DNA of 64,000 nucleotides from an uncultured archaeon (GCA_902384455.1 CABMCB010000071.1:1-64000), one strand, 5' to 3'. Shown: positions 49,977 to 59,307, counted from the first letter of the stretch. The notes: generated from the letters alone by a model not told the origin. Numbers and translations: made by a program.

Positions 49977-50492
49977 ATGGTGGAGTGCGAGTTGTGCGGT
50001 AAGGGTTTTATGGAGGGGTTTAAGGTTAAGGTTGAGGGTAGTTTGGTGAATTCTTGCGCTGCTTGCGCGAGTATTGGTGTTGTGGTTTCTGAGGTTAGCG
50101 ACCGAGGCAAGCCGAAGTTGAAGTCTGCGGCGGTTGAGGTTCAGTCGGCGCAGGCTGTTAAGCATGCTGTTCTCATTGAGGTTCCTGATGAGCCGGAGTT
50201 GGTTGAGGATTATGGCGGAGTCATTAGGCGTGCGCGGGAGAAGAGGGGTTTGAAGCAGAAGGATTTCGGGCGTCTTATTAATGAGCCTGAGAGTTTGGTT
50301 CACAGGATTGAGTCGGGTCATATTCCTCCTTCGCCTTCTGTTGCCGCTAAAATAATCAAGGCGCTTGGTGTCAGGTTGTATGCTTCGTCTAAGGACGAGG
50401 ATAAGCCGCAGGGAGGTAAGGGTCAGATTCCTAAGGATGTGACGTTGGGCGACTTGGTCGTCATACGGCGTAAGGGCGACAAGCAGAAGTAG
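49977..50492 (+). CDS. Multiprotein bridging factor aMBF1
   Basis: CELCG..CAAC Zn ribbon, LVEDYG..IRRARE HTH, TLGDLV. Confidence 0.93.
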   Translation: MVECELCGKGFMEGFKVKVEGSLVNSCAACASIGVVVSEVSDRGKPKLKSAAVEVQSAQAVKHAVLIEVPDEPELVEDYGGVIRRAREKRGLKQKDFGRLINEPESLVHRIESGHIPPSPSVAAKIIKALGVRLYASSKDEDKPQGGKGQIPKDVTLGDLVVIRRKGDKQK

Positions 50493-50500
50493 GTGTTTTA

Positions 50501-51985
50501 TTGGATTCCTCAATTTTGTTTGTTGGCTTGTTCCTTGCGGGAACCGTGGTTTTGTCTCGCATGAAGTTTGAGCGCGTTTTAGGCGTGGTTTTTCTTTTGC
50601 GGACGCGATGGGGGATAAAGTTGATCGACTCGATAGCGAAGTTGTCTCCCGGATTCTGGAAGTTCATGGCGGACGCCGGTTTGTTCCTTTCTTTCGGGGG
50701 TCTTGGAGCCGCTTACCTGCATAGGACTAAGGAGGGCTACAGGCATTTGCAGATTCTTGTTCCTGCAGTGGGAGTGTTGTCTGCAGTGTTCGCTTATCTG
50801 ACGGGGTACGTTGAGCTTGCGGTTGCGGCGCTGGTTCTTTCCGCGTTGGGCGTCGTATTCAGGAAGAGGATGGACGCAGTGTTTGCGGTCACAGTGGGGT
50901 ACTTTACTGTCGCATACCACGCGTTTTTCATGCTGCTTTTTTCGCCCCCGTCAACAATCTCAGTCCTGATTGCGTCTTTTACAGGCGTATTCGGGATGCC
51001 TGTTTTGCTTTTTGCAGGCCTGTTTTTTGGCGCATACCAGATTATGTTTAAGGCGTCCACGATGCCGGGCGTTTCGCCGCTGCTTCCCGCAACCAAAGGA
51101 GGCAATTTAGGGGTAACATTCCCCGGATACGACATATTCATTCCATGGTGGTACGCCTTAATCGCGCTGCTAACTACGCTAGTGTCGCATGAGATAGCGC
51201 ACGGAATAGTCGCCAAAGCTCACGGGGTGCGCATTAAATCAACGGGCTTGCTCACTCTTGGCGCGCTTCCTATCGGCGCGTTCGTTGAGCCCGACGAGGA
51301 GGCGTTAAAGAAGGGTTCCCACCTTACGGCAGCGCGAGTTTACGTCGCAGGCAGCTTCTCCAATCTACTGGTGTCTTTCGCGGCGCTGGGTTTGATTGCG
51401 GCGCTGGTGCTGTTCTCTTTCGTAGGATTGAAGTCTGACGGAGTACTGATTTTCTCGACTTTTGCAGGATCTCCCGCATCCTCGGTCGTCAGTTCAGGAA
51501 GCGTCCTTTACTCGCTAAACAATTACTCCATACTAAACGTTGAGGACTTTGTTTCCGCCGCCTCCACTGTGAAGCCCGGCGACAAAGTTGTTTTGAACAC
51601 GAGCGCGGGAGTAGCCCAGTTCAACGCCGCCGCAAACCCTGATAACTCAAGCAAAGGATTCCTTGGTGTGATGGTCATAGTCAATACCGCCGCGGGAAGC
51701 AGGGCACCCCAGCTTTATTCCGCAATAGGATTCGCAACCACCGCGCTTGAGTGGATTTGGTTTTTCACATTGAACATAGCGCTCGTCAACCTGCTGCCCG
51801 TCGTCCCATTCGACGGAGGATTCATATTCCCCAACTTACTAACCGCGCTGAAACTGAAGCCCGGCCAACTCAAGAAGATAACATACTGGCTCATCGCCTT
51901 GACGGCGTTAACATTCATAATCAACGCGTTACCCCTCATAAAATCATTAGGAGACGCAGTCCTCTCATTTGCGGGCTTAAACTAA
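50501..51985 (+). CDS. Site-2 protease (M50) with PDZ-like insert
   Basis: HEIAH, GAFVEPDE, AGSFSN, NLLPVVPFDGG. Confidence 0.93.
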   Translation: MDSSILFVGLFLAGTVVLSRMKFERVLGVVFLLRTRWGIKLIDSIAKLSPGFWKFMADAGLFLSFGGLGAAYLHRTKEGYRHLQILVPAVGVLSAVFAYLTGYVELAVAALVLSALGVVFRKRMDAVFAVTVGYFTVAYHAFFMLLFSPPSTISVLIASFTGVFGMPVLLFAGLFFGAYQIMFKASTMPGVSPLLPATKGGNLGVTFPGYDIFIPWWYALIALLTTLVSHEIAHGIVAKAHGVRIKSTGLLTLGALPIGAFVEPDEEALKKGSHLTAARVYVAGSFSNLLVSFAALGLIAALVLFSFVGLKSDGVLIFSTFAGSPASSVVSSGSVLYSLNNYSILNVEDFVSAASTVKPGDKVVLNTSAGVAQFNAAANPDNSSKGFLGVMVIVNTAAGSRAPQLYSAIGFATTALEWIWFFTLNIALVNLLPVVPFDGGFIFPNLLTALKLKPGQLKKITYWLIALTALTFIINALPLIKSLGDAVLSFAGLN

Positions 51986-53647
51986 TTTCTTACCCATGTA
52001 CGGGCCTGCGCGCTCATAACCCAGCTTCCTGTAGTAATCGCGCGTGCCCGCCGCGCTAATCACAATCATCCGGTCGAAACCGAATTCCTCGCGCGCTATT
52101 CGTTCCACCTCAGCAAGAAGCTCGCGGCCCAGGCCCCTATGCTGCCATTCCTCAAGAGGCTTCTCGCCTACTTCCACCATCGGCCCATACACGTGCAGTT
52201 CCCTTATCAGGCCGGTGTTTTTGGTTATTTCAGGGCGGGTTGGATTGTGGGGCGCCCTAAGGCGTATGAACGCGAACAAAGCGTCGTATTTCTCATTCTC
52301 AAACGAAAGGAACACTTCCTTCCCTTCAGAGGCCTCATAGTCCGTACGCTTTATCTTCAATTCCTCCGGCTTGACTTTGGCGTCCGGCGGGAGCTTATGG
52401 TACACTTCCCTGCACCTTATGCACTTGCATTGAATTCCTCTTTCATGCATGTACTCTGAAACAAGCTGGCCGAGGTTGCTGTTTTTGATTCCCGCGGCTA
52501 TGTCTGTGACGGGAATGTCTCGGTTGATGCGCATCGTCCTAACCCACGTCGGAAGAATCCTTTTGATTTCAGCAATAAGCGGAACCGCTGTTTCGGTGTC
52601 ATAAGGCGTGTACTCCCCGCTCTTCCAGCGCTCATAATACTGCGTGTGCTTCATCACGAGAAGAGGATAAATCTTAATGTGGTCCGGGCGGAACCGCGAA
52701 TCCTCAAAGACGGTTTTGGCGGCCCAGACGTCGTAAACAGGGTTTACTCCGTTCAACCCCGGCATCATGTGGTAAGCCACCTTGTATGCGGCGTCCTTCA
52801 ACTGCTGCGTAGAATCGACGACGTCTTGGACAGTATGCCCCCTGTTCACTTTCTTATACAATTCGTCGTCGGGCGCCTGCACTCCCATCTCAACGCGCGT
52901 CACCCCGAAACGCAATAAGTCGTCAATTACCTTCCCCTTCGCATACTCCGGCTTAGGCTCAAAATCAAGGCCCACACAGCGCACGGCGGCTTTCTCGTTG
53001 GCCTCCTTAAGATACTCTATGTTTGCGCCTTTAGCGACGTAAGGATTATTGAAGTATTCTTCAACGTACTTTTCGCAGTCCTCTCCCATGAACTTCTTTT
53101 TGTTTCTGCCGTAGTCATTTAATGCCGCATAAATGCTCGAAACGACCTCCTCCTGAAACTCCATCGGCTGCGCGGTAAGAGTGCCACCCTGCACAACAAC
53201 CTCGACCTTATCCACAGGATGCCCTATCGTCTCCAACTGAGCAAGCCGCATAGTCACAATCAAATAAGGGTCGTATCCGTAGCGTATGGCGCGCAAAGTA
53301 CTCGGCTCCTTGCCGCTATAACTCTGAGGAACACCAAAAGCAACCCCGCCGGGGCAATAAGCGCAACGGCCGTGCGGACAGGCAGTCGGCCTGGTCATAA
53401 CCGCCACCACAGCAACCCCAGAAGCGGTCCGAGTAGGCTTCTTCTTCAGCAAAGAAAGAACAACCTTACGCTGCTGGGGAGTTGCCAGCCGAAGTATGTC
53501 GCTGTTTCTGGGAAACACGCCCGAACCCTCACTCTCCGCAGCACGCCTCTTAGCCTCATCAAGCTCATGGTAAGACGTGATGCGGCCTTTGACTATGTCT
53601 TCGAGTATGCCGGCGAGGCGTTTTTCGGAGACGGGTTCGTTAGCCAT
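51977..53647 (-). CDS. elp3: Elp3 tRNA uridine(34) acetyltransferase (radical SAM plus GNAT)
   Basis: CPHGRCAYCPGG, SYSGKEP, IRELHVYG, QHRGLG. Confidence 0.97.
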   Translation of the reverse strand: MANEPVSEKRLAGILEDIVKGRITSYHELDEAKRRAAESEGSGVFPRNSDILRLATPQQRKVVLSLLKKKPTRTASGVAVVAVMTRPTACPHGRCAYCPGGVAFGVPQSYSGKEPSTLRAIRYGYDPYLIVTMRLAQLETIGHPVDKVEVVVQGGTLTAQPMEFQEEVVSSIYAALNDYGRNKKKFMGEDCEKYVEEYFNNPYVAKGANIEYLKEANEKAAVRCVGLDFEPKPEYAKGKVIDDLLRFGVTRVEMGVQAPDDELYKKVNRGHTVQDVVDSTQQLKDAAYKVAYHMMPGLNGVNPVYDVWAAKTVFEDSRFRPDHIKIYPLLVMKHTQYYERWKSGEYTPYDTETAVPLIAEIKRILPTWVRTMRINRDIPVTDIAAGIKNSNLGQLVSEYMHERGIQCKCIRCREVYHKLPPDAKVKPEELKIKRTDYEASEGKEVFLSFENEKYDALFAFIRLRAPHNPTRPEITKNTGLIRELHVYGPMVEVGEKPLEEWQHRGLGRELLAEVERIAREEFGFDRMIVISAAGTRDYYRKLGYERAGPYMGKKLV

Positions 53648-53689
53648 ACGGTATCAATTGCGTAGGTGTGAGGAAAAAGAAGGAGAGGG

Positions 53690-53808
53690 TGGTTGACAGC
53701 GCTCTGAGCTTCCCACTCGTTGAGCAGTACAACTCGATTCGCAAGGAGGCTTAACTTCTGCGTTCGGAATGAGAGCAGGTGTTTCTCTCCCGCTATGACC
53801 GTCAACCA
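53690..53808 (-). rRNA. rrf: 5S rRNA (unlinked)
   Basis: Terminal helix GGTTGACGG/CTGTCAACC; conserved CATAGC, CCGAAC.CAGAAGTTAAG, GTACTG, GGGAA. Confidence 0.93.
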
Positions 53809-53842
53809 AGACTAATATACGCAGGATGCCTATTTAAACGCT

Positions 53843-54580
53843 GTGGAAGTGCCGGACGACCACCCGCGGAAGGCTTCATTAGAAGTTCGCCATCTTCTTA
53901 CCGATGGATTTAAGGCCGGTTTGGTTGCCGAAGCGGGTTTGATTGCTCATGGGCGCGGCGAGGCGTTCGATTACCTGCTTGGCGAGAGGACTCATCCGTT
54001 TGCCGACCGCGCCTGCCGTGCGGCTGCGGCGCTTCTGGTTTTGGCGAAGAATCCCGTGTTCTCAGTGAACGGCAACGTCGCCGCATTATGCCCAAAAGAA
54101 GTGGTTGCGCTATCTGAGGCAGCTGACGCGGAGATTGAAGTTAACCTTTTTTATAGGACGCGGGAGCGGGAGGAAGCGATAGCCAAAAAACTCACGGACA
54201 GCGGGGCGAAAAATGTCTACGGAATAGGCGCATCAACCCGCCTTTTAGGACTTTCCAGTCCCCGCGCACTAATAGACAAAGCGCTTAAAAACGCGGACGT
54301 AGTCATAGTGCCTCTTGAAGACGGAGACAGAACGGAAGCACTAAGGAAAGCTGGAAAAAAAGTGATTGCCATAGACCTGAATCCCCTCTCACGGACGGCG
54401 CAGACTGCCGACGTAACCATAGTGGACAACGTAGTCCGCTGTATGCCCCTGATGGTCCGGCACGCCAAGGCGCTTCACGGAAAGACAGACGAAGCCGACA
54501 AAATCATCCGCTCATACGACAACAAAAAGACGCTTATAGAAGCGGAAACGACAATCAGGAAAGGCGCAAGACCGGCCTAA
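53843..54580 (+). CDS. Phosphopantothenate synthetase (4-phosphopantoate--beta-alanine ligase)
   Basis: HPR..SL..R, GLIAHGRGEAFDYLLGE, VPLEDGDR, IDLNPLSRTA. Confidence 0.95.
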   Translation: MEVPDDHPRKASLEVRHLLTDGFKAGLVAEAGLIAHGRGEAFDYLLGERTHPFADRACRAAAALLVLAKNPVFSVNGNVAALCPKEVVALSEAADAEIEVNLFYRTREREEAIAKKLTDSGAKNVYGIGASTRLLGLSSPRALIDKALKNADVVIVPLEDGDRTEALRKAGKKVIAIDLNPLSRTAQTADVTIVDNVVRCMPLMVRHAKALHGKTDEADKIIRSYDNKKTLIEAETTIRKGARPA

Positions 54581-54603
54581 TCTGCCCGAACCTCTCGCTT
54601 AAG

Positions 54604-55362
54604 CTACTTGTAGGAATCAAGCATCTCCTCTTCGGTGAAGTGGAGTTTGCCGGGAATAATAAGGCAGTGAGGCGGCTGCCCGAAGTCGAATTTCAGCAAA
54701 TCCTTAAGCGTCCCCGCCTTAATCACCGCGTCGTCAGAACCCAGCCGGGCGATGCCCACGACCAAAGAATCCGGACCACAAACCCCCTTCCTCTCCTCCG
54801 ACTCAAACTCCGAAAGTAAACTCAACCCCTCCGTAACAGTCATATAACGCCCTTCATCCGCCTTAACGTCCAACAACACTAGCGTATGCAAACCAGCCTC
54901 TTTGTTATCCGCGATCACCAAGTAAGGGCTCTTCGGCCTATAACTGCCTTCAGGGTAAGCAAGAGTCGTAGTGCGCCCCATCTTGTACAGATGCAGGCCG
55001 CATTCCGCGACAGCGGAAAAAATGCTGCTTGCGTGCACAATCCTCACCTGAATGCCGCGTTTCCTAGCCTGAGCAACCAAATGCAAGTGGGTCGTTGCGG
55101 CAAGAGGGTCGCCGGGAACGCAGACGGCCACATCCCACCCCGTCGCCTCCTCAATAATCTTCTGTGCCCCCTCCTCAAGGCCGCTTCTTGGAAGCAATAT
55201 AATCTCCTTCTCGCACCAGCCTTCCAGCGTCTTCAAGCTGCCTCCCCACAGGTTGGTGTACATTTCCGCGTAGATGACGTGGGCGCGGTTAAGCGCGTCC
55301 AAACCGCCTACAGTAATGTCCCTCTCGTTAAACAAACCCAAGCCGACGAGAATGAGCGCCAT
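54604..55362 (-). CDS. dph5: Diphthine synthase
   Basis: LVGLGL...DIT, GDPLAATTH, GLHLYKMG, GLHTLVLLD, PPHCLIIPG.LHFTE. Confidence 0.96.
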   Translation of the reverse strand: MALILVGLGLFNERDITVGGLDALNRAHVIYAEMYTNLWGGSLKTLEGWCEKEIILLPRSGLEEGAQKIIEEATGWDVAVCVPGDPLAATTHLHLVAQARKRGIQVRIVHASSIFSAVAECGLHLYKMGRTTTLAYPEGSYRPKSPYLVIADNKEAGLHTLVLLDVKADEGRYMTVTEGLSLLSEFESEERKGVCGPDSLVVGIARLGSDDAVIKAGTLKDLLKFDFGQPPHCLIIPGKLHFTEEEMLDSYK

Positions 55363-55529
55363 CAGGAATCGGCCTCCTTATCCAGCGTGTCAAATATAAA
55401 GTACCCTAAGTAGGCGGCGCATAAAATGCCGACCCACAAACCCAACATGTCTTCGCGGATGATATGGACTCCTACCACGACGCCTACCGCCCAAAACCCG
55501 GCAGCACCAACTGCAGTAGCCCTGTCCAT
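55362..55529 (-). CDS. Small two-TM membrane protein (55 aa, below the ORF-track cutoff)
   Basis: MDRATAVGAAGFWAVGVVVGVHIIREDMLGLWVGILCAAYLGYFIFDTLDKEADS*; TGATG overlap with dph5. Confidence 0.65.
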   Translation of the reverse strand: MDRATAVGAAGFWAVGVVVGVHIIREDMLGLWVGILCAAYLGYFIFDTLDKEADS

Positions 55530-55569
55530 ACAGTAAAACAGTTATAACCCTTTTAAGGTAAAAACTGAT

Positions 55570-58254
55570 TCAGTGAATGTTCCCCTTAAGCCACCCAATC
55601 AAGGCGTCAGCCGCCTTAAGCGTGTCCGTGGCCTTGTATCCTGCCACAACAAGAGTGTTGTTGCCTTCAAGGTGAACCACGTAGTTTTCGGAGCTGGCGA
55701 GTATGCTTCCCGCCGATATTGTAGTGAGGTTGTTCACGGAAGGTCCTCCAACCAAAATAAGGTTCTTGTCGGGGTTGGCTTCCTGCGGGGTGACGACCAG
55801 GTTGCCTGTGATCGGAGAGATTACGTGGGTGATTCGGAGGACTTCGCCGCCGACTGTTATGTTGTAGAGCACGACGTTCAGGTTGCAGCATCCTACCGTC
55901 TTGTTAGTGCCTTCGTCCGCCTTTGTTATCTCCGTGTCTACTGCGGTTGATTGTTCCCCCAAACCCAAAAATACTGTGGGGTAAACGTGTTTTGTCGGAT
56001 GGCATAGCGTCACCTCCTCCAGCATCCGCTTGTCGCCGTATGTGGCAGTAAGCCGGTCTCCGCCGGCTGGTAGATACAGCACGGTGTCTCGAGGATTGTT
56101 CAAAGTGGCTCTGACATCCGCAGAATAAACAGGCGAAGAGGAAGATACGCGGTGGGTGGTCGCCTTCACGCTTTGAGCATAAAACCTGTCGTCGGTGCTC
56201 CCGTTGAAATCGCGGTCATACAAATCCACAACATAAAACTCCTCCTCGTCATTCTCGAAAACAAAAAGGACGTCGTTAAGGTTAGGGCTGTGAAGCCCGA
56301 CTGGCTCAGCATTAAGGTCGGCCGAACCGTTCTCAGCGACAGCCCAAAAATACAGCCGGTTGCTGTATCCGTCGAAGTCGTCAAACCTACCAATCTGCAG
56401 CGGATTAGGCGCAACCGTCGTATTGCTGAAATAAATACGCCTATCCTGATCGTACAGAAGAGGCAGGCCCTTGTATGTGCCGAAGAAAACGGATGTGTAC
56501 TCAGGGTCGTCGTCCGGAGTGATCTCAAACGACTCGTCGTTGCTTTCGCCGTCATCAAAGCTGTAAGTCGTCACGTTAAACTTAGTGCTGTTGTACGGTT
56601 CAAGGTTTATGCGGTCGACGTTGCCTGTGAGAACGTTCCTCAATGAAACCTCCATCCTCCTGGGGTTCGTCAACTCCTCCGCATCAACGTACTCCATTAT
56701 CCCGCCCTGCACCATGAGCAATTCCCCCTTCTCAAAAGGTCCGCCGTCAAGCCGCAAAGCATACCTGTTGCCGTCGTCCGCCTGGAATGCGAGCACAGGA
56801 GAGTAACTGCCGTCCTTAGTCAAAATGATGCTGCCGTTAACTCCGCCCCCGCCACTGCACACCGGAACAGCAAAATCCCTGGTCCGGTACCCGTCGAAAG
56901 TGAACAAATACCTCTGAGGGAAAAACAGGCTCTCGTTCTCCCTAAGAGTAACATCCCTGACGTAAGTGACAGTAACATTATGAAGTATAGTGCCGTTCTT
57001 CCCGACATACTCCCGGGTATCCAAAGTATTCCTGAAACCACTAGCATCAGAAGTCTCAGTTGCGAACTGAACACGCCAACCCGCCCGCGAAGAATTCCCC
57101 ACCACAACATCAGACCCATCCTTCAAAACCACCCCCTGAGAGTTATCATAAACCACAGCCTTCGCAGTAACAACGCCATCAGCCTCCTCAGCGTAAATCC
57201 CCGCTATCTCCAGGTTGTCAACCACCCCATTGTTCAAGCGCGTAATCCTCACCGGCACAATCTTCCCGTCAGGCGTCTCAACGTCAAGAATCACCCCCGC
57301 AGGCTTATACTCCCCCGCAAAAAGTATGCTGTCCACCTTAAACTTGTAGCCCAAGAAACTGCTGGTGAAACCTTCGCTGCTGATACCCTCCAAAACCTTC
57401 CCCTTAGCAAGATGAATCTCATTAAGGCCCGCAACATCCTTCACGTAGTATTCTTCCCCGAACAGGAGGAATTTGCCTCTATACTCATAGTCGATGGGCG
57501 CGTCCGACTCCCCTACCCGAGAAAGCGGCAATTCACCTGTTTTCACGGCATAAACAAAGGACTTGCCGTCCACATCCAACTGGAGCCTCTCAAGGTCGTC
57601 GCTGCTTAAGCCGTTCTCAAGCCACTGCAATCCGCTGTAATCCGCCCTAATACTTTCCTCAAAAGTATGCATCGGGTTCTGAAGGGTATCCGAGCAGAAT
57701 CCCTGGCAAAAAAGCCAGTGAATATTCCCGTAATCCTCCTGCCTGAGCACCGAGACATCACTGTGCTCCAGATTACACGCCAGATTATACATCAAAAAAC
57801 CGTCTTTCCCATAAACAAAAGTGCCGTTCAAAAAAGCAAGCCCCACATGCCGCTCATAAAAATCAGCCACACCATTCGCTTTACCATCCTCATCCAACAA
57901 AGCAACCCCCGGCGTAACCTCGCGTTCACCCTGAACATACTTCCCCGTAGCCCCCGCAATAGGCGAAGAAAGAAGAAGCCGCTTAGTCTCCACAACAACA
58001 CCCCCCGAATCATTCTCCTTACGGACCGTATAAGCAAGATTACCCAAAGCCGCCGCAATATTTCCCGCCGCCACAGCATCACTAGAAGCCGCCTGATCAC
58101 CCACAACAATCTGGGCTATAGGCGAATAATCACTGTCAAAAAAGAAACTGCGGTCAAGCCCCCTAGAATCCAACCCACCCATCGCCCACCCGCTAAGCAG
58201 AACAAACACCGCCAACGCAGCCGAACCTAACGTAAAGGCATTCTTCGCCGTCAT
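55570..58254 (-). CDS. S-layer-family protein (894 aa)
   Basis: Signal peptide; IVVGDQAASSDAVAAGNIAAALG (S-layer N-terminal motif); NLILVGGPSVNNLT and LVVAG...DT..AA (S-layer C-terminal motifs). Confidence 0.88.
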   Translation of the reverse strand: MTAKNAFTLGSAALAVFVLLSGWAMGGLDSRGLDRSFFFDSDYSPIAQIVVGDQAASSDAVAAGNIAAALGNLAYTVRKENDSGGVVVETKRLLLSSPIAGATGKYVQGEREVTPGVALLDEDGKANGVADFYERHVGLAFLNGTFVYGKDGFLMYNLACNLEHSDVSVLRQEDYGNIHWLFCQGFCSDTLQNPMHTFEESIRADYSGLQWLENGLSSDDLERLQLDVDGKSFVYAVKTGELPLSRVGESDAPIDYEYRGKFLLFGEEYYVKDVAGLNEIHLAKGKVLEGISSEGFTSSFLGYKFKVDSILFAGEYKPAGVILDVETPDGKIVPVRITRLNNGVVDNLEIAGIYAEEADGVVTAKAVVYDNSQGVVLKDGSDVVVGNSSRAGWRVQFATETSDASGFRNTLDTREYVGKNGTILHNVTVTYVRDVTLRENESLFFPQRYLFTFDGYRTRDFAVPVCSGGGGVNGSIILTKDGSYSPVLAFQADDGNRYALRLDGGPFEKGELLMVQGGIMEYVDAEELTNPRRMEVSLRNVLTGNVDRINLEPYNSTKFNVTTYSFDDGESNDESFEITPDDDPEYTSVFFGTYKGLPLLYDQDRRIYFSNTTVAPNPLQIGRFDDFDGYSNRLYFWAVAENGSADLNAEPVGLHSPNLNDVLFVFENDEEEFYVVDLYDRDFNGSTDDRFYAQSVKATTHRVSSSSPVYSADVRATLNNPRDTVLYLPAGGDRLTATYGDKRMLEEVTLCHPTKHVYPTVFLGLGEQSTAVDTEITKADEGTNKTVGCCNLNVVLYNITVGGEVLRITHVISPITGNLVVTPQEANPDKNLILVGGPSVNNLTTISAGSILASSENYVVHLEGNNTLVVAGYKATDTLKAADALIGWLKGNIH

Positions 58255-58418
58255 ATCCTCATCCTACAGCACACCAACCCAAGCCGCAAGAACCCCCCAA
58301 ACCCCAATAATCCATAAGATACCGGGGATTAAAAGGGCACTACAGCCGGCAAAAACCCGCTTAATCCACTTCCCCCCACTCTAAAACTGTCAAGAAACAA
58401 AAATACTTTGGTGCTAAG

Positions 58419-58500
58419 CGGGCTCGCTGGGACGCTCAAAATCGCCCTGCGATTTTGGCGCGCCGGAAACCTTCGGGTTTCCGAGCGTTCGAACCCAAGT
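58419..58500 (-). repeat. tRNA-Arg 3'-end duplicate interrupted by a 55-nt palindromic insert
   Basis: CGGGCTCGCTGGGA [58433-58487] TTCGAACCCA versus uninterrupted CGGGCTCGCTGGGATTCGAACCCA starting at 59039. Confidence 0.8.
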
Positions 58501-58531
58501 TCAAGCGTCCACTAAACCGATGACGTGTAGA

Positions 58532-58936
58532 CTAAGTCTTTCTTAATGACTTTTTTATAAACGCGGATGCTATGCGCAACGACTGGAGTCTATTTCGCTG
58601 CAAAGTATGTTGAGAAGTTCCTGGCGAGAATTTTGCTTGAGATTTTTCGGCCTTACTTATCATCGAAGCAAATGCGCGGAGGGCTTCCTGTAAATCGTCC
58701 CGCGTGAAGTTATCCATATCATCGGTTTCCTTGTTCATTAGCGCACATGCAATGTGTAACGCTTTGAGGTTGTTTCGCAGCATCGAATGTTGCCACGTTC
58801 CTGGAGCCAGTTTCTGCTGTGCTTTTTCAGACTTTCTGATTAGTGAAGCTATCGGTCGAAGTGCTTTCTGAAAATCGTCTGCTGTGAGGTTATCTGTAGA
58901 TTGGATGGCCTCGTCTACAGTTTTTTCTTTTTTCAT
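58532..58936 (-). CDS. Hypothetical protein made of two tandem helical repeats
   Basis: DDFQKALRPIASLIRKSEKAQQKLAPGTWQHSML / DDLQEALRAFASMISKAEKSQAKFSPGTSQHTLQ. Confidence 0.75.
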   Translation of the reverse strand: MKKEKTVDEAIQSTDNLTADDFQKALRPIASLIRKSEKAQQKLAPGTWQHSMLRNNLKALHIACALMNKETDDMDNFTRDDLQEALRAFASMISKAEKSQAKFSPGTSQHTLQRNRLQSLRIASAFIKKSLRKT

Positions 58937-59038
58937 GGTTTTGGGCGAAAATTCTTGACAAAAAAATTCAATTTTACGCCTAAAATCAGCTGGCAAGCCC
59001 CCATAGAGGGCGAGCCAAACCGTTCTTTTCCTAACTGA

Positions 59039-59134
59039 CGGGCTCGCTGGGATTCGAACCCAGGTCCCGGGGTTTCTCTAAGCATTGTTGGCTTTCCGAA
59101 GCCCCGTAGGATATCCAAGCTACCCCACGAGCCC
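59039..59134 (-). tRNA. tRNA-Arg(UCG) with 22-nt intron (59074-59095)
   Basis: Acceptor GGGCTCG/CGAGCCC, anticodon arm CGGGG-CTTCGG|A-CCCCG, T-arm CTGGG-TTCGAAT-CCCAG. Confidence 0.95.
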
Positions 59135-59200
59135 TTTATGCGTCTTTTTCTTTCTTTGAACCCGAGGGCCTTTCTTTCTTCCTAAGAAAGAAAGGGGCTC

Positions 59201-59223
59201 TATTCAAGCTACCCCACGAGCCC
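59201..59223 (-). repeat. Duplicate of the tRNA-Arg 5' end
   Basis: 22/23 identity to 59112-59134; adjacent 12-bp hairpin at 59169-59195. Confidence 0.8.
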
Positions 59224-59307
59224 TTGACGTCTGATTACGAACTCAAGGATAATACTTTGGGGTGGCGGGCGTTATTAAGCATCCAGACGCCAGCCCTCTT
59301 TCCTGTC

